Source: Balamuthia mandrillaris (Eukaryota). Taken from it: a stretch of 64,000 nucleotides of DNA. The DNA is taken from NCBI GenBank assembly GCA_031835245.2, contig JAVKOQ020000115.1:1-64000 (forward strand), read 5' to 3'. The notes beneath the pieces were generated by a model that was not told where the DNA came from, did no database searches, and saw only the letters and a program-made list of their open reading frames with translations. This document shows positions 11,586-30,700 of this stretch, in pieces (within the stretch, counting starts at the first letter, position 1; every line of letters begins with the position of its first letter). The position numbers were made by a program, and so were the translations under genes.

Positions 11586-12938
11586 ACCTCCTCCTCTCCT
11601 CCTTGTTCTTGTTCTTGTTCTTCTTCTTCTTCTTCTTCTTGTTCTTGTTCTTCTTGTTCTTGTTCTTGTTCTTGTTCTTGTTCTTCTTCTTCTTATTCCT
11701 TACATTCTTTTCCTATTTGTTAGCCGAGTTGGAGAAACAGAAAGCGATGGCTAGCACTGCCTGCATCTTGCGCCAATTCGAGGTATATTTGTACCCTTCC
11801 GCGATCCATTATCAACCTAATATCTTTCTCTCTCGTAAAAGCTATTAACGGATTCCGAGAACTATCACAAATTTCAATTGAAAAGTTATGATTTAAAGCA
11901 ATACATGCGCCTTGACAAAAGCGCCTTCAAAGCCCTCAATATTGTTCCAAATCCCCGCAATCGTTCGTACTCTCTTTTATTTTGCCATATTTTTGACGAA
12001 CAACTCACTGTTTCACAACTTGTGATTTTAAAAACGTACAGCAAACGCGATGAGCCTTTTTGGGTTGTTGAACCATTGCAGGACTGCAATGGGTTCTCGT
12101 CGTCTCATGCAGTGGATTAAACAGCCTCTGATGGACATATCAGAGATAGTTTGCAGACAACACATGGTGGAGATTTTTGTTGTGGATTCGGAATTATGTC
12201 AATCGTTACATGTAAGTAATTTTATGGCTGTGTTGTTCTCTGTTTTTACTCCTCGAATGCGTATTTTTTTATCTATCAAAGGACGAGCATCTCAAAAGGA
12301 TACCGGATGTTAATCGATTAATGCGTAAAATATTGAAAGGAACCAGTGCTACATTGCAGGTCTGTAATGTCTGATTTGTTGCGGCTATTTGTTGGTATTG
12401 AGCTTATCTGGCATTGTTATAACAGGACGTATTGCGGCTCTATCAATTCGTTCAAAAGCTGAGAAACGTGGTAGCCGCATTGGAGTTTTATACAGGAGAG
12501 CATAAACAGCTAGTTGATGAACGATACATGGGACCAATGAAGGTTCTATCTTCTTCATTCTTTCCTGTTCTTGCAAAAATATTTAACTGTTGTATTACAG
12601 CAATCATTGGTCCACTTCAAAAATTTCGAAGCTATGGTGGAAGTGATGATCGACTTGACGCTTATCGACAACAATGAGTTCAAGATAAAAGCTGACTACG
12701 ACACAGAGCTCTTGCAAATGTCGCGAGAGCTAAATCGTCTACGCAAAGAAATGGAACGTGAACGGGCATCAGTAAGCCACTTCTTTTTTCTTTTCTCCTT
12801 GTTTATCTCTGCCTGATCTTCCTTTTCGCATGTCAGGTGGCTGAGGACCTCGGCCTAGACCTCAAAGACTTACACTTGCAACACAGTAAAACTTTGGGAC
12901 ACTACTTCAGAGTAACACTCAAGGTACAGAGTTAAATA

Positions 12939-12975
<37 letters not shown>

Positions 12976-14765
12976 TTACTTTACTTTCTCTTTCAAAGTT
13001 AAGATAGTCGTTAACGATGATTTTAAGAACGAAAAGTGCTTGCGAAAACGCGCTGAATTTAGACGAGTGGACAATACAAGAAAAGATGGTGTGAAGTTTC
13101 GTAATGCAACAATGCATGCTCTTAACCAAAACTTTCATAACACCAACAATGCCTATGAACGACGACAAGCCAAAATCGTGGAGGATGTTATCAAGACAGC
13201 TGGTACGGCTCCTGGCCATTGTTACTCCTACAAGTAGTCACAACACAATAACCGTGGTGTTTTTGTTTTTGCAGCCACTTTCCTGGAACCAGTTGAGCAA
13301 GCAGCTAACCTGGTGGCGGAGATTGATGTCTTCGTCAGGTGAGTTACATAAATAATGTGCTTTAGCTTTGCTAATCTTTTTCATACTCAACTAGCTTGGC
13401 ACATGTGGCAAGTACGTGGAAATACTCACGCCCCATTCTTACTCCTCCCGGCGAAGGGGATACAATGCTCAAAGACTCTAGGCACCCCTGCCTCGAAGTC
13501 CAAAACGAGGTGGAATTCATTCCAAATGATGTCTCTCTTCTGAGAGACAAGGCCACTACTCATATTATTACCGGCCCTAATATGGGTGGCAAGTCTACCT
13601 TCATACGGCAGGTTGCCCTCATCGCCATTATGGCACAGATGGGATCCTATGTGCCGTGTGCTGATGGCAGCTGTATTTCGGTGGTGGATGCCATTCTTTG
13701 TCGTGTTGGAGCTGGCGATAGTCAGCTGCGTGGCGTTTCAACATTTATGTCTGAAATGTTGGATAGCGCTGCTATTTTGAGGGTATAGTATAAAACAGGA
13801 CGCACTGGATCCAAGCTCTCTATTCCTTTTTATTTGTTGCATTTGCACTTACTCTGTTCGATGGCGTTCAGTGTGCTACGGACAAGTCGCTGGTCGTCAT
13901 AGATGAGCTAGGCCGTGGCACAAGCACCTATGATGGATTCGGTTTGGCATGGGCCATCGCTGAGTATCGTTTCCCCTTATTCTTACTTCTTCATACCATA
14001 TTCAGAGTCTTGCTCATCCTTCTTTTTATCTATCTTCATTATTCTCAGGCATTTGTCAAGCACGACTAAGGCGTTCTGTTTGTTTGCCACACATTTCCAC
14101 GAGCTTACTGCCCTGGCTGAAACGGTGCCTCAAGTGGTCAACTACCACGTTACAGCTACCACCTATGGCCAGGATGCTGAGGAAGGGATGGATGTCGAAA
14201 TACCGACATCACCATCGACCAATGGTGGAGCAGACAACGGGAAAGGGCTGACCTTTTTGTACAAAATCATGCCCGGACCCTGCGATAAGAGCTTTGGAAT
14301 CAACGTGGCTGTCATAACAAACTTTCCCGATGACGTGGTCAAGGTTTGTTTGGTTTATTTCTTGATGAAAACTAGCCTCACGCTAATCGCTGTTAAGTTG
14401 GCAAAGCAAAAGGCCAAAGAGTTGGAATCTTTTGAAGAGGATTCAAAAGGCCATGGTGAGCCTTCCAATTTTCCAGTCCGCTCTAGCATCACCAAAGAAG
14501 AGGTTTGACTGCATATCTTGGTCCCTTCCTGTGTGACAACAGAACATTCAACACTAACCACCGCGTGCTTTGCTTCCTCTAGCAACAAGCCAACAACCTG
14601 ATCGCTCAATTTCTAGAGGAGTTTGTAGAAGAGACCCTGCTCACTAACGAAAACACAGCAACCGTTGACCCTTCCAAGCTGACGGCCATGAATGAGCGGC
14701 TCCATCACATGAGCCAACACAACCATCTTATCGCTGACATTGTCTCTTCCTATTCTTCTTCTTGA
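10296..14765 (+). CDS. MSH2: DNA mismatch repair protein Msh2; multi-exon
   Basis: [96 protein letters not shown]. Confidence 0.96.
11513..11692. repeat. (CT)n followed by (CTTGTT)n/(CTT)n microsatellite in an MSH2 intron
   Basis: Directly visible tandem repeats. Confidence 0.95.
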
Positions 14766-15379
14766 TGTTACCAATAAGAACAAGTTGCATTCCTGTTTAA
14801 CATGTGGTGCCCTCGCACAACATGTTAGTGGAGAGATCTTTGTGGTGAGCATGTGTTCTATCTCCATCATCAATGCAAAAAGAGAACCTTTCGCGAGCCA
14901 CAAGTTTATCAAAAGAAAAAAAAAGAAATAAAGTCGAGCTCACATGAGGGGTCAAAATAGACAAAATAATGCATCTTCAAAAAAAAAAAAGGAGGTGTCG
15001 ACAAAACACACAAAAAAAAAGAAGCCCAGAAGAATCGGGGGGGCGTGAGCGCTGCTCGTGCGCCAACTTATGAAGAAGAGCGGGAAAAAAAGGGGGGGCG
15101 GAACCTAAGTGACATGAAATGGGAACTGGGGAAAAAATAAATAAGAAAGCGGACTTTGGTTTTTCCACAACTCGAAAATTTTTTTGTTCCTTTTCTTTTC
15201 TATTCTTGGAGTGGAAGAAAGTCTTTGTTGACGAGTAGGTTAGTTGAGCACCACCAGCCCAAAGGAAACGAATCGAAAGGGCTGCGTGCTGTTGATTATT
15301 TTCGCCTGTGTCCCGCTTCTTTGAGGTTCCCAAAAGAATTTTGTTTTGAAGGGGTAACCCACAGAAATTATTCTTGAGC

Positions 15380-21276
<5,897 letters not shown>

Positions 21277-21308
21277 AAAATAAAAACGAGTTAGCGTTAC
21301 AATAAGCA

Positions 21309-21326
21309 CTAACCCTAACCCTAACC
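21309..21326. repeat. Short interstitial telomere-type repeat (CTAACC)3 upstream of RPL29
   Basis: CTAACCCTAACCCTAACC = (TTAGGG)n on the minus strand. Confidence 0.8.
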
Positions 21327-21482
21327 TTATTTACAGAAAGCTTTTTTTTGTTCGCTCGAGGGTTGGCTAAAGGTCCGCCGGAGTTTTCACAATAGCGACA
21401 AAGAAAGAAGGAATCGCCATCGTACTCTTCACTCAGTAATCAGTGCAGTCCGCGTTCCTCGTGAGTCGAAAAGAGCTTCGAA

Positions 21483-21754
21483 ATGGCCAAGTCCAAGAAC
21501 CACACCACACACAACCAGGGCAAGAAGAACCACCGCAACGGTATCAAGAAGCCCAAGGAACACAGATATCGATCTACCAAGGGGGTAAGCTTTGATCTCT
21601 TTCTCACTTTTTTTTTGATTGATTTTAATCCAACCTTTGTCACTTTTAGATGGATTCCAAGTTCCTTCGTAACCAAAAGTGGGCCAAGAAGCACAACAAG
21701 AAGCAAAAGAACCAGGCTCAGAAGCAGGAGACTAAGGCTGTGGAGGCCAAGTGA
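21483..21754 (+). CDS. RPL29: 60S ribosomal protein L29 (eL29); 2 exons
   Basis: [25 protein letters not shown]...[18 protein letters not shown]. Confidence 0.97.
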
Positions 21755-21905
21755 AGCACTCGCTACCCTGTAACGAACGACTCTTTCATTTAATGAGGAA
21801 CGGTAAATAAACCAGGTTCTTGCTCAATTCCTCGTTAGCCTCCTCTTCCTTCCTTCTGTTCTCTTCTACGCTGCGCTTGTTGTGGTTCGTTGGAGCGTAC
21901 ACTCG

Positions 21906-23155
21906 TCACATCACGTAATACGCACAACCAGCCGTAAGAAGTGAGGTCAACAATGCAGACAGAAAGTTAACCTGAAAGGCAACTCGTATTCGTTACTACC
22001 GCCACCAACGCAGACAAAAAAAAAAAGCAGGTTACCTGTTCATTGGTAAGCAATTCCATCCCTGTGATGTGTTTAACGCCCGGCCCCGGCCTGGATACCA
22101 CCTTCTTTTGATTCTCGCAGAAGCCAGAGTACTGGAACCACGCACCCAAAAGAGAATCGATCTGAGATAGAGAGCACAACTTAGCCAACGGATGAGGGAA
22201 AGAAAGAGAAGGGAGTTACGCACTGTGCTACCTACAACGCCTGCAAACGCGCCAAGCAGAATAAGCGGCCATTGAGGCACATGAACATGTTCTACTCCAC
22301 AAAACCACCACCCACTCAGGTAGAAAAATATGCCAAGAAAGAGACCTCCCATCAGGCAGGCGATATAGCCCAGTGCTGACACCCCTCCGTTCGTTCCTTT
22401 TGGCACCTTTTTGTTTGGTCGGGAAGACGAGACGATGAAAGGAGGATAAACATAGGGAAGAATAGAGGCAAGAATACAATAGAGAGGAGGCAGAGGAACC
22501 CTTTTGCCGGTGGTGAGGAGCAAAGGACGTCCTGAGCTTAAAACGCCGACCTCTGATGCCCAAGTGTCTCCATTGCAACAGGCGTAGTGCCTTTGAAGTG
22601 AAACAAAAAATATAAAGAGAGTTGGCCATTGGAATAGTGAGGTGAGCAGAATAAGAGGGGCAGGCTTACCCCAGGAATGCCGTGAGCAGTAAACTAGCGG
22701 TGAGGTTGTTATCAAAGTCGATGTGGTATTCCGTTTCGCCTACCAAGCATATATACAAAAGGCACAACAACGTCCCTGTTCCACCATTCGTTACCTCATC
22801 AATAAATACCAACAGTTCTTAGTGAGGTTGAACAAAGAGGAGAAAAAATATCAGGTTGGGTGGTGGATTGTAGGAGAAGTACCACTTGAACCCAGTTACG
22901 TTGCCCGCCTTCTTTGAAATTCTCTTCGATCTTTCTCTTCTCTTTGGCTTTCAGCTTGGTGAGGTATGAGGACGAGAAAAAGAAGAGCAACAAGGTAATG
23001 GTGGTGCGAAAGCCTGCCAGACACGTGATGAAGCCTACGAACAAGGCCGCAAAGGCTCCACTCTTGTTCAACGATTTTTTCCGATAGCCTCCCGCCGCCA
23101 ACAGCACGCTCATCACAGCACCCACCACGGCGCGAGCGTACAGCACGTCGGTCAT
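21906..23155 (-). CDS. TMEM19: DUF92/TMEM19 membrane protein; multi-exon
   Basis: [57 protein letters not shown]. Confidence 0.92.
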
Positions 23156-23329
23156 CTTTCTTTCTTGCGTTCTGTCTCTCTTTGGATATTCCGAGTCCAC
23201 GCTCGCGTCTTCCCAAGGGATAAGAGATAGGTAACATTTTCTGTCGACACGAGGAGCCGTTTCTAAACAATCAAAAGAAAGGCAAAGGAAAGAAGAAAAC
23301 AGAAAGAGAGAAGAAACGTTTGTGAGATC

Positions 23330-24833
23330 ATGTCGTACTGGGACAAAGGACACCAAAAGAAAAGCACTGGGAAGGCGGGATGGGAATCTAGCGAATTCCC
23401 CATTGTTTGCGAGACTTGTCTTGGGGATAACCCGTACATTCGCATGGTTTGTTATAACACCATCTTTCCCCTTTTCCGATCCCTCGCTCTTTTTTTTTTC
23501 TTCGATCTAACTTCTCGAGATCTTGTGCAGACTAAAGCGAACTTTGACAAAGAGTGCAAGGTGTGCGCTCGCCCCTTCACAGTGTTCAGATGGAAGCCCG
23601 GCACCGAAGCTCGGCACAAAAAGACAGAGATCTGTCAAGTCTGCGCGAAACTTAAAAACATTTGTCAGACCTGCCTTCTTGACTTGGAATTTGGTTTGTG
23701 TCCTCCTCTTATTATTTCTTCTCTCTACTCTCTTGTGCAAATGTGACTCATTCCACAACAACAATAAACAAAAACTAAAAACAAACAGGTCTTCCTGTGC
23801 AAGTAAGAGACTCCCAAGTAGCAGATGCACCACAGATCCCCTACCACGAAGTGAATAGAGAATATTTTGCGGAGCAGGCCGAGCGAGAGGTGGCTCAAGG
23901 CCGTCTTACCTACGGCAAGATGAACAGCACAGTGAACGAGTCCCTACGTCGCCTCCAAAGAACGGAGCCCTACTACAAACGAAACAGAACCCACGTCTGT
24001 AGCTTTTGGTTGAAAGGAGAGTGCAATCGAGGAAACCTCTGCCCCTACAGACACGAAAATCCAGAACAAAACGAGGAAATGGCAAAACAGAACATCAAGG
24101 ATAGGTACTATGGCGTGAACGACCCCGTTGCCCGTAAGCTCTTGAGTAAAGCCTCCACTTTTGCTCAGCTGTTGCCGCCTGAAGACCCCGACTTTTCTAC
24201 CCTTTATGTCGGTAACGTTAACTCCTCTATCACAGAAGCTGACCTCCGGTATTTATCTTTTTCTTCTCGCTCTCCATCTTCAGCTTCATCTTATTTTTCC
24301 TTTCTCGGTCTTGTTCTTTTTGCAGCCTTCTGAACTAACCTGGGATTTTTTGTTTTTTAAAAAAAAGGGACCACTTTTATGCCTATGGAGAGATAACAAA
24401 GATAAACGTGAAAGCGGATAAACAATGTGCATTCATCACCTACAAAGCACGCGAAGAAGCCGAACGAGCGGTGGCAACCTTAGGCACCCGCACCGACCTC
24501 AAAGGAGTGACCCTCCGCCTTTCTTGGGCTCGCCAAGGTCCTCAGCAGGGTCCCTCCGGCGCCCCGTCCGGCCTCCCTCCTCCCCCAGCCGCCATCCATG
24601 GCATGCCTCCTCCTCCTTCCTCTCTTCTTGGTTTTAGCACTTCGTTCAACGCAGCACCACCGGTGGTGGCCCCTCCGCCTGGCATTTCACGCCCCACCAC
24701 TGCTCCCCCTATGACGAGCACGCCGCTTGTACCCTACGCCGCACCCACGTATTATCCATCCATGAATCCGAACCGCATGGGTGCCGCCCCTCTTCTTCAC
24801 ACAACCCAAATTAAAATTAATACATTACATTAA
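23330..24833 (+). CDS. RBM22: Pre-mRNA splicing factor RBM22/Slt11; multi-exon
   Basis: [41 protein letters not shown] finger [33 protein letters not shown]. Confidence 0.96.
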
Positions 24834-25222
24834 CGATTTCATTATATGGCCAAAGAGAAGGCAAAAGGAAACGCCGAGCCTAAACTGGAACGCGGTGCAC
24901 CGTGGTAAATCGTAGTTTTAGTCCACTCTAGTCCAGAAGAAAGAAGAAGAAGAGCCAAACCAAAAGTTTGAACTGACTCAGCAGAAAAATTACAAAAAGA
25001 CCCAAGGCACAGCAGCTAAGAAGGATACAGTCGTTTCAATAATCGGAAGGGTCAAGGAGGGCGATGCGTCTTGGCTCAACGTTTTGCTAAAACCTACGAA
25101 ATAAGACTGTGACGGAGAGTTGTTGGTTCCTTTCTTCAGCAAAAAACAGCCTAGACCAAACACAAGCTCTCCGTTCCGACTTACGACAACAACAACACAA
25201 TATATCTACAGAGGAGAAGAGG

Positions 25223-25661
25223 ATGGATAATTTTAAGAAGAGCATAGAGCGAAAAACAAGTCAAGCTGAGAAGCGGCACTTCCAATTGGACCTCTCCAAG
25301 GAAAAGGTTGGAGCCAAAGAGGCCGAAGTGGTCAAAGATGTCATATTGCCCGCGCAAGTCATACAGTCCCTCGCAATTGATGCCTTTCGGGTTTGTTTTT
25401 TAAAAATAACATCCCTCCCTTCTTCTCTTGCTCTCTTTTCTCATCTGTTTTTTATGTTGAAAAAAAAACCAATATTATTAACCAAAATACATTTGAAGCT
25501 CGGAGACGACGGCGCAATTGTGCTTGCAGAGCTATTGAAGGAAGACAAGACGCTGAACAAGCTGGTCCTCACCACCAATGCCACACAGCACCTTGCCAAC
25601 TCGCTCACCGTTGGAGAAGAACGGCGGGACATCACTCGCATTGGCGGGGCTGCTATTGGAG

Positions 25662-25705
<44 letters not shown>

Positions 25706-25955
25706 AAAAAAAAAAAAAAAACCAACAAAAACAAAAACAAAAAAGATGCGCTCCTGATAAACACCACTTTGCGGTACCTTGACCTCTCGGGAAATACCCT
25801 CCACTCGAACAGCAAAACCACAGGAGCATTGGCCTCCATAGCGAGGGCTCTCTCCGCAAACAGAACCTTGACTCACCTCGACCTCAGTTCTAACCAAGTG
25901 ACCTATAGCCCCCACTCTTCTTTGCTTCTCTTCTCTCTCTCTCTCTCTCTCTCTA

Positions 25956-25990
<35 letters not shown>

Positions 25991-26138
25991 GTCTAACAAA
26001 CTGACCGTGACTGGTTTGTGCAAAAGCTCAATTCAGTGGATGCTATCAGCTTGGCAAAGGGTTTGCAGAGGAACCATGCCCTCACCTTCCTCGCAATGGA
26101 GCGGAACTATATTCAAGAGGGTATGTCGCTGCCCTCAA

Positions 26139-26187
<49 letters not shown>

Positions 26188-27293
26188 AAAAACCAACGCT
26201 GCTCTTTACTTCGTATGATGTAGACGGGCACTTGGCCATCGCTTCTGCGCTGAAATACAACGCAACATTAGCGCACCTTTACCTCAGCCACGCACAGCTG
26301 AAAACGCCGCTCAACGCCATTCTGGATAAGTACCTGGAAGTGATGGAGTTCAACGAGACGTTGGTGGAGATCAAGCTACCCAAGTCGCCCTGTCCGGGCT
26401 CCATCGAGTCCCAAAAGCAAAACCTCTTGTCGCGGCGGCTCACCGCCAACAAGAAAAGAGCAAAGCAACTCAAGTCCGCCAAACGTGGCAAAGAAGACAC
26501 AACGCCGGATCCTAGCTCCTCCATTCCTTGTCGCTTGGATTGGTCATACTATCCGCCTCAAAGTCTTACTCTTCAAGCCTTTCAGGCTGTACAGGGCAAC
26601 ACCATTCGTCAAGTTTGTTTCCTGCTTTCCTTCTCAACGTTGTTGTTTTCTGAGATGCTCAGACCTTTCTGTTTTTTGTTGCAGTTGATATTGATAGGGT
26701 GTGGTCTGACGAGTCTTCCGGAGGATTTCTGCTGCAACCTGCTGCATATAGATGTGTTGGACTTGCACAACAACAAACTCACGACCTTGCCGCACTCTCT
26801 CACAAAACTCAAAAAGTTGCGTTTGTTGGACTTGAGTCACAACCATCTGGGCATCGATGAGCACGATCCCAATCACGCAGCTACTGGCAAGAGACGCGTC
26901 CTCCCTCTCTCGAATAACTCAGCTGAGATGATGGCTGAGATGATGGACGGCGATAAACACTTTCCACTTCTGTTGGAACTCTACTTGAACAACAATAGCC
27001 TAAAGCAACTGCCTTGGCCTCTCTTTTGGGTTCCGTTCAACACCGAAACGGGACAACTACAACAGACTGCATTGCCTCTGCCCAATCTGAGGCGAATCGA
27101 TCTCAGCTTTAACTCTCTACGTCGGTTACCGGAGAGCTTCTTTAACAAAACGACGCTTCCTAAACTGCATACCATCCTTGCTGAACATAACCAGCTGTGT
27201 GCTTTGCCTCATTCCATCGTCTCTCTCCCTCGCCTTAGCGATCTTTGGGTGTCTTCCAACCTTTTGGATTATGTGCCTATCGGTTCTCTCCCT

Positions 27294-27334
<41 letters not shown>

Positions 27335-27699
27335 GTTCTCTGTGTTCGTGCGTCTTTCTTTCCATGTTTTAACTTGTTCTTTACAGAATTAGGAGAAATG
27401 GACACGCTTCAAGTATTGAAGATTAAGGACAACCCATTGTGGGCCTTTCCGGCGGCCATTCATGACGCAACCACCGAAGCGCAGAAAAGCTACTTCAAAA
27501 AGATAACAAAAAACAGCCGTGCGCAAACCACTGTAAAACTGATGGTTGTAGGCGAGGCCAACGTTGGCAAAACCAGTCTTATAACCTGCTTTGCGCCTTC
27601 CAAGAAAATCATAAAGAAAAAATCAAAGGAGCCCAACATAGCCACTGACGGGTACTATTCTTTCTTTCTTTGACATTCTTATCCCGCTATGAGCACTTA

Positions 27700-27730
<31 letters not shown>

Positions 27731-30700
27731 TCCTCTGAACAATGTAATGCGCAGCATTGACATCGCGACCTTTGAAGATGAAGATGTTCAATATAATGCA
27801 TGGGATTTTGCAGGACAAGACCTTTATCAAGTTACTCACCAGTTCTTCTTATCCAAACGAGCAATGTACCAAAGCATTCCTTTCTTTTCTCATCTTTTCT
27901 CATGCCTTTTTCTTATCTTCTTTCACTTTATCGAATAGATATGTGTTGGTATTTAACTTGGCACTTTGGGAGGAGCCTGGACGATTGGCCAAAGTGGAAT
28001 ACTGGCTCAATTCGTTGAGCATGAGAGCAAAAGGATGCCCTGTTGTCATAGTGGGCACTCATCTCGATCACAAGAACTTTCGCAAAGAAAGAACCGAGTA
28101 CGCCAAAGAAATACTTCAGCTTATTTCAGAGCGCTTCCAGCGCAACTTTCCTGACATCGTACTTTGCACGGTACACACTTTCTTAGCATGCTTCTTTTCT
28201 TCTATTCGGTCTTGACAAAAAGCTAATGCACATGTAAATGGGTTAAAGGGCGTCAGCTGTAAGACTGGTAAAGGAATTGCTGAACTCAAAACGGGATTGC
28301 ATAGCATTGCACAGCAGAAGGGTTGGTAGCGCATAAGAAATGCTTATTTTTTAAAACCTTCTTTTGAGAACTGATTGCGGTATGTGGCGTAGGGTTGGTT
28401 GGAGTAACTGGTGTCCCAGCGACATGGCTGCTCCTCAGCGAGTGGGCCAAACGAATGAAAAAGAAGAAGCAAGATGACGGCAAACCACCCATTATGGTTT
28501 GTATTTTTGCTGCTGATTTATTAGTTCTTTGGAATGTTCCAACCGAGGTTTGTTTAACGCTTTTTCCCTGTCCTTTCTTCAGAAATATGCGTCATTTAGA
28601 CAGAAAGCTTTAGACTTTGACGTGCCAGCGGACGAAGTAAACAATGCTCTCCACTTCCTCCACGAAATTGGTGACGTTCTCTACTTTGGCTTTCAAGGCG
28701 GCGAAGACCAAACAGGGCCTGGCAACAAGACACGCAAAGACCACAAGCAGCAGGAACAAAAACATCGTGCAGAACTTAGCGAGTTGGTCTTCTTGGATCC
28801 TCAATGGTTGACGGATGTGCTGAGTACGGTCGTTACCATGAAGTACAACATGGTCAAAGACGGAACGCTCATGCACAAAGATCTTCACCTCATCTGGAAA
28901 CCACCCATGTTTCCGCCCTCCCTTCATCCCACTCTTCTTAACCTGTTGCGCAAGTTTGAGATAATTTATCCGATGCACAAGCCAGGGGTTCCTCCAGAGG
29001 AAGAAGTGAGCTTGGTGCCTTGCCTTCTGGACAAGCAACGCCCTTTTCAAATCAACGATCTTTGGCCCTGTTTGCAATCTCCTGCTGCTGCTCTTGTTGC
29101 TTCCTCTTCTTCAATCACAGCAGTGGATGGCGAAGTGGAAGGAACGGAAGAGATCTCTTCTCCAGAGGCTTCAGTGGCTGCGTTAACCTCTTCCCAACAA
29201 TTAGCACGTACTATAACTTCCGAAGACGCAACAACGGCAACGGGAAGTATTATCAGCAACACACCACATCCTCTACAAACGAGCGCCACCCCGTCGTCGA
29301 TAGCGACAACTGTATCACCGATTATCGAGGCAGAAGGTTTACAGCAAATGTCTCGCATATATTACTTTTCCTTCCTACCGTTGGGCTTTTTCAGCCGTCT
29401 TTTTGTGAGGACCATTCACCTGGAGGAACGCATTCCGGACCTTTCTGTTTTAAGTTATTGGACAAATGGCATCATTCTCTGCCTTAAGGACACAGCCATC
29501 AAGGCCTATTTGGAGTACCTTCCAGAGCTATATTGCCTTCGAATGATGGTTCGTCGTACTGCTCGTGACAACGTGCGAGATTACCACCGCTTGCATGGCT
29601 TTTTGATCGCTAGTATTGACGGTAAGACCTTTCTCTTACACTCATATTTACCGGCATCATCTTGTAGGGAACAGACCTGTTTAAAGCTTTTATTCATGCC
29701 TCTAAAAGGGTTGGTGGAAGGTTGGTTTAAAGGCCAGCTGCTGAAGGTTACTGCTGGTTGTCCTCATTGCTTCCACTATCAGCGTGAACTGTCGCACGAG
29801 TTTTCAATCAGCGACATCGAGAAGGCGGTGGCACAGGGACATAAAGACCTTCCTTGCGGTCTGGAAGGACGCTGTTCTGTTCGATTGGATTATCTGGCTC
29901 CTGATATTGTACATTCTCGTTCTTAATTTTCTCCTTGTTTCGATACTAATACCGGCCTCTCTCTCTCTCTCTCTCTCTCCTTTTCTCATCTAGTCACTGG
30001 TGGACGTGCGTCAGTACATGATTGAGAGTGGACAAGTTGAAATGGAGGAAATGTATGCATATCCTTCTCTCTTTCCAGGCAAGCGTTTCTCACGCGACTG
30101 TTTTTTAATAACAGGATAGGACGAGGTAGCTTTGCAAACGTTTATAGAGGAAAATACAAAGGACAAACCGTGGCAGTAAAGGTTGGAACAGTGTTGTGCA
30201 TTTCAGTGCCTCTCTCCATTTACTTATTGCTTTATTACCAACAGAAAATCACTATCACGCAAGAATCCGGTGGTGATGAGACAGAACTACTTGAAAAATT
30301 CAAAGAGCTTCGTCGAGAAGTACTCTTCATGAGGTTTCATTCTCTCTCCTCTCTTCTCCTCTCCTCTCCCTCTCAGATACTTACACATTCTACATACAAC
30401 CAGCGGTCTGAGACATCCCTACACAGTTGAACTGAAGGGCATTTGTATGCAACCTCTACTCATAGTAACTGAGTACTTAGCCTTCGGGAACTTGTATGAG
30501 TTTTTACACGCTGCATCAAGCGACGTCGATTGGAACCTTCGCCTCAAGATCGCTCGTGATGTTGCTGTTGGCATGAATTTTCTTCACTCTGCCACTCCTC
30601 CTGTAGTGGTATGTTAACTTCTCCTCATCCTTCTTATTATTCTGACGGACTTATTCACTATAAAATAGCATGGAGACTTAAAATCGCCTAACATTCTGGT

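Noticed and set aside
11444..11848. ORFs with poly-SL/FL or RE tracts here and at 25441-26023, 44168-44474 and 63051-63374
   Set aside because: Translations of intronic or UTR microsatellites
30059..30068. ATATCCTT resembling a U12 AT-AC donor in the Roco gene
   Set aside because: Lies inside an ordinary GT-AG intron whose GTATGC donor gives the correct MEEMIGRG frame
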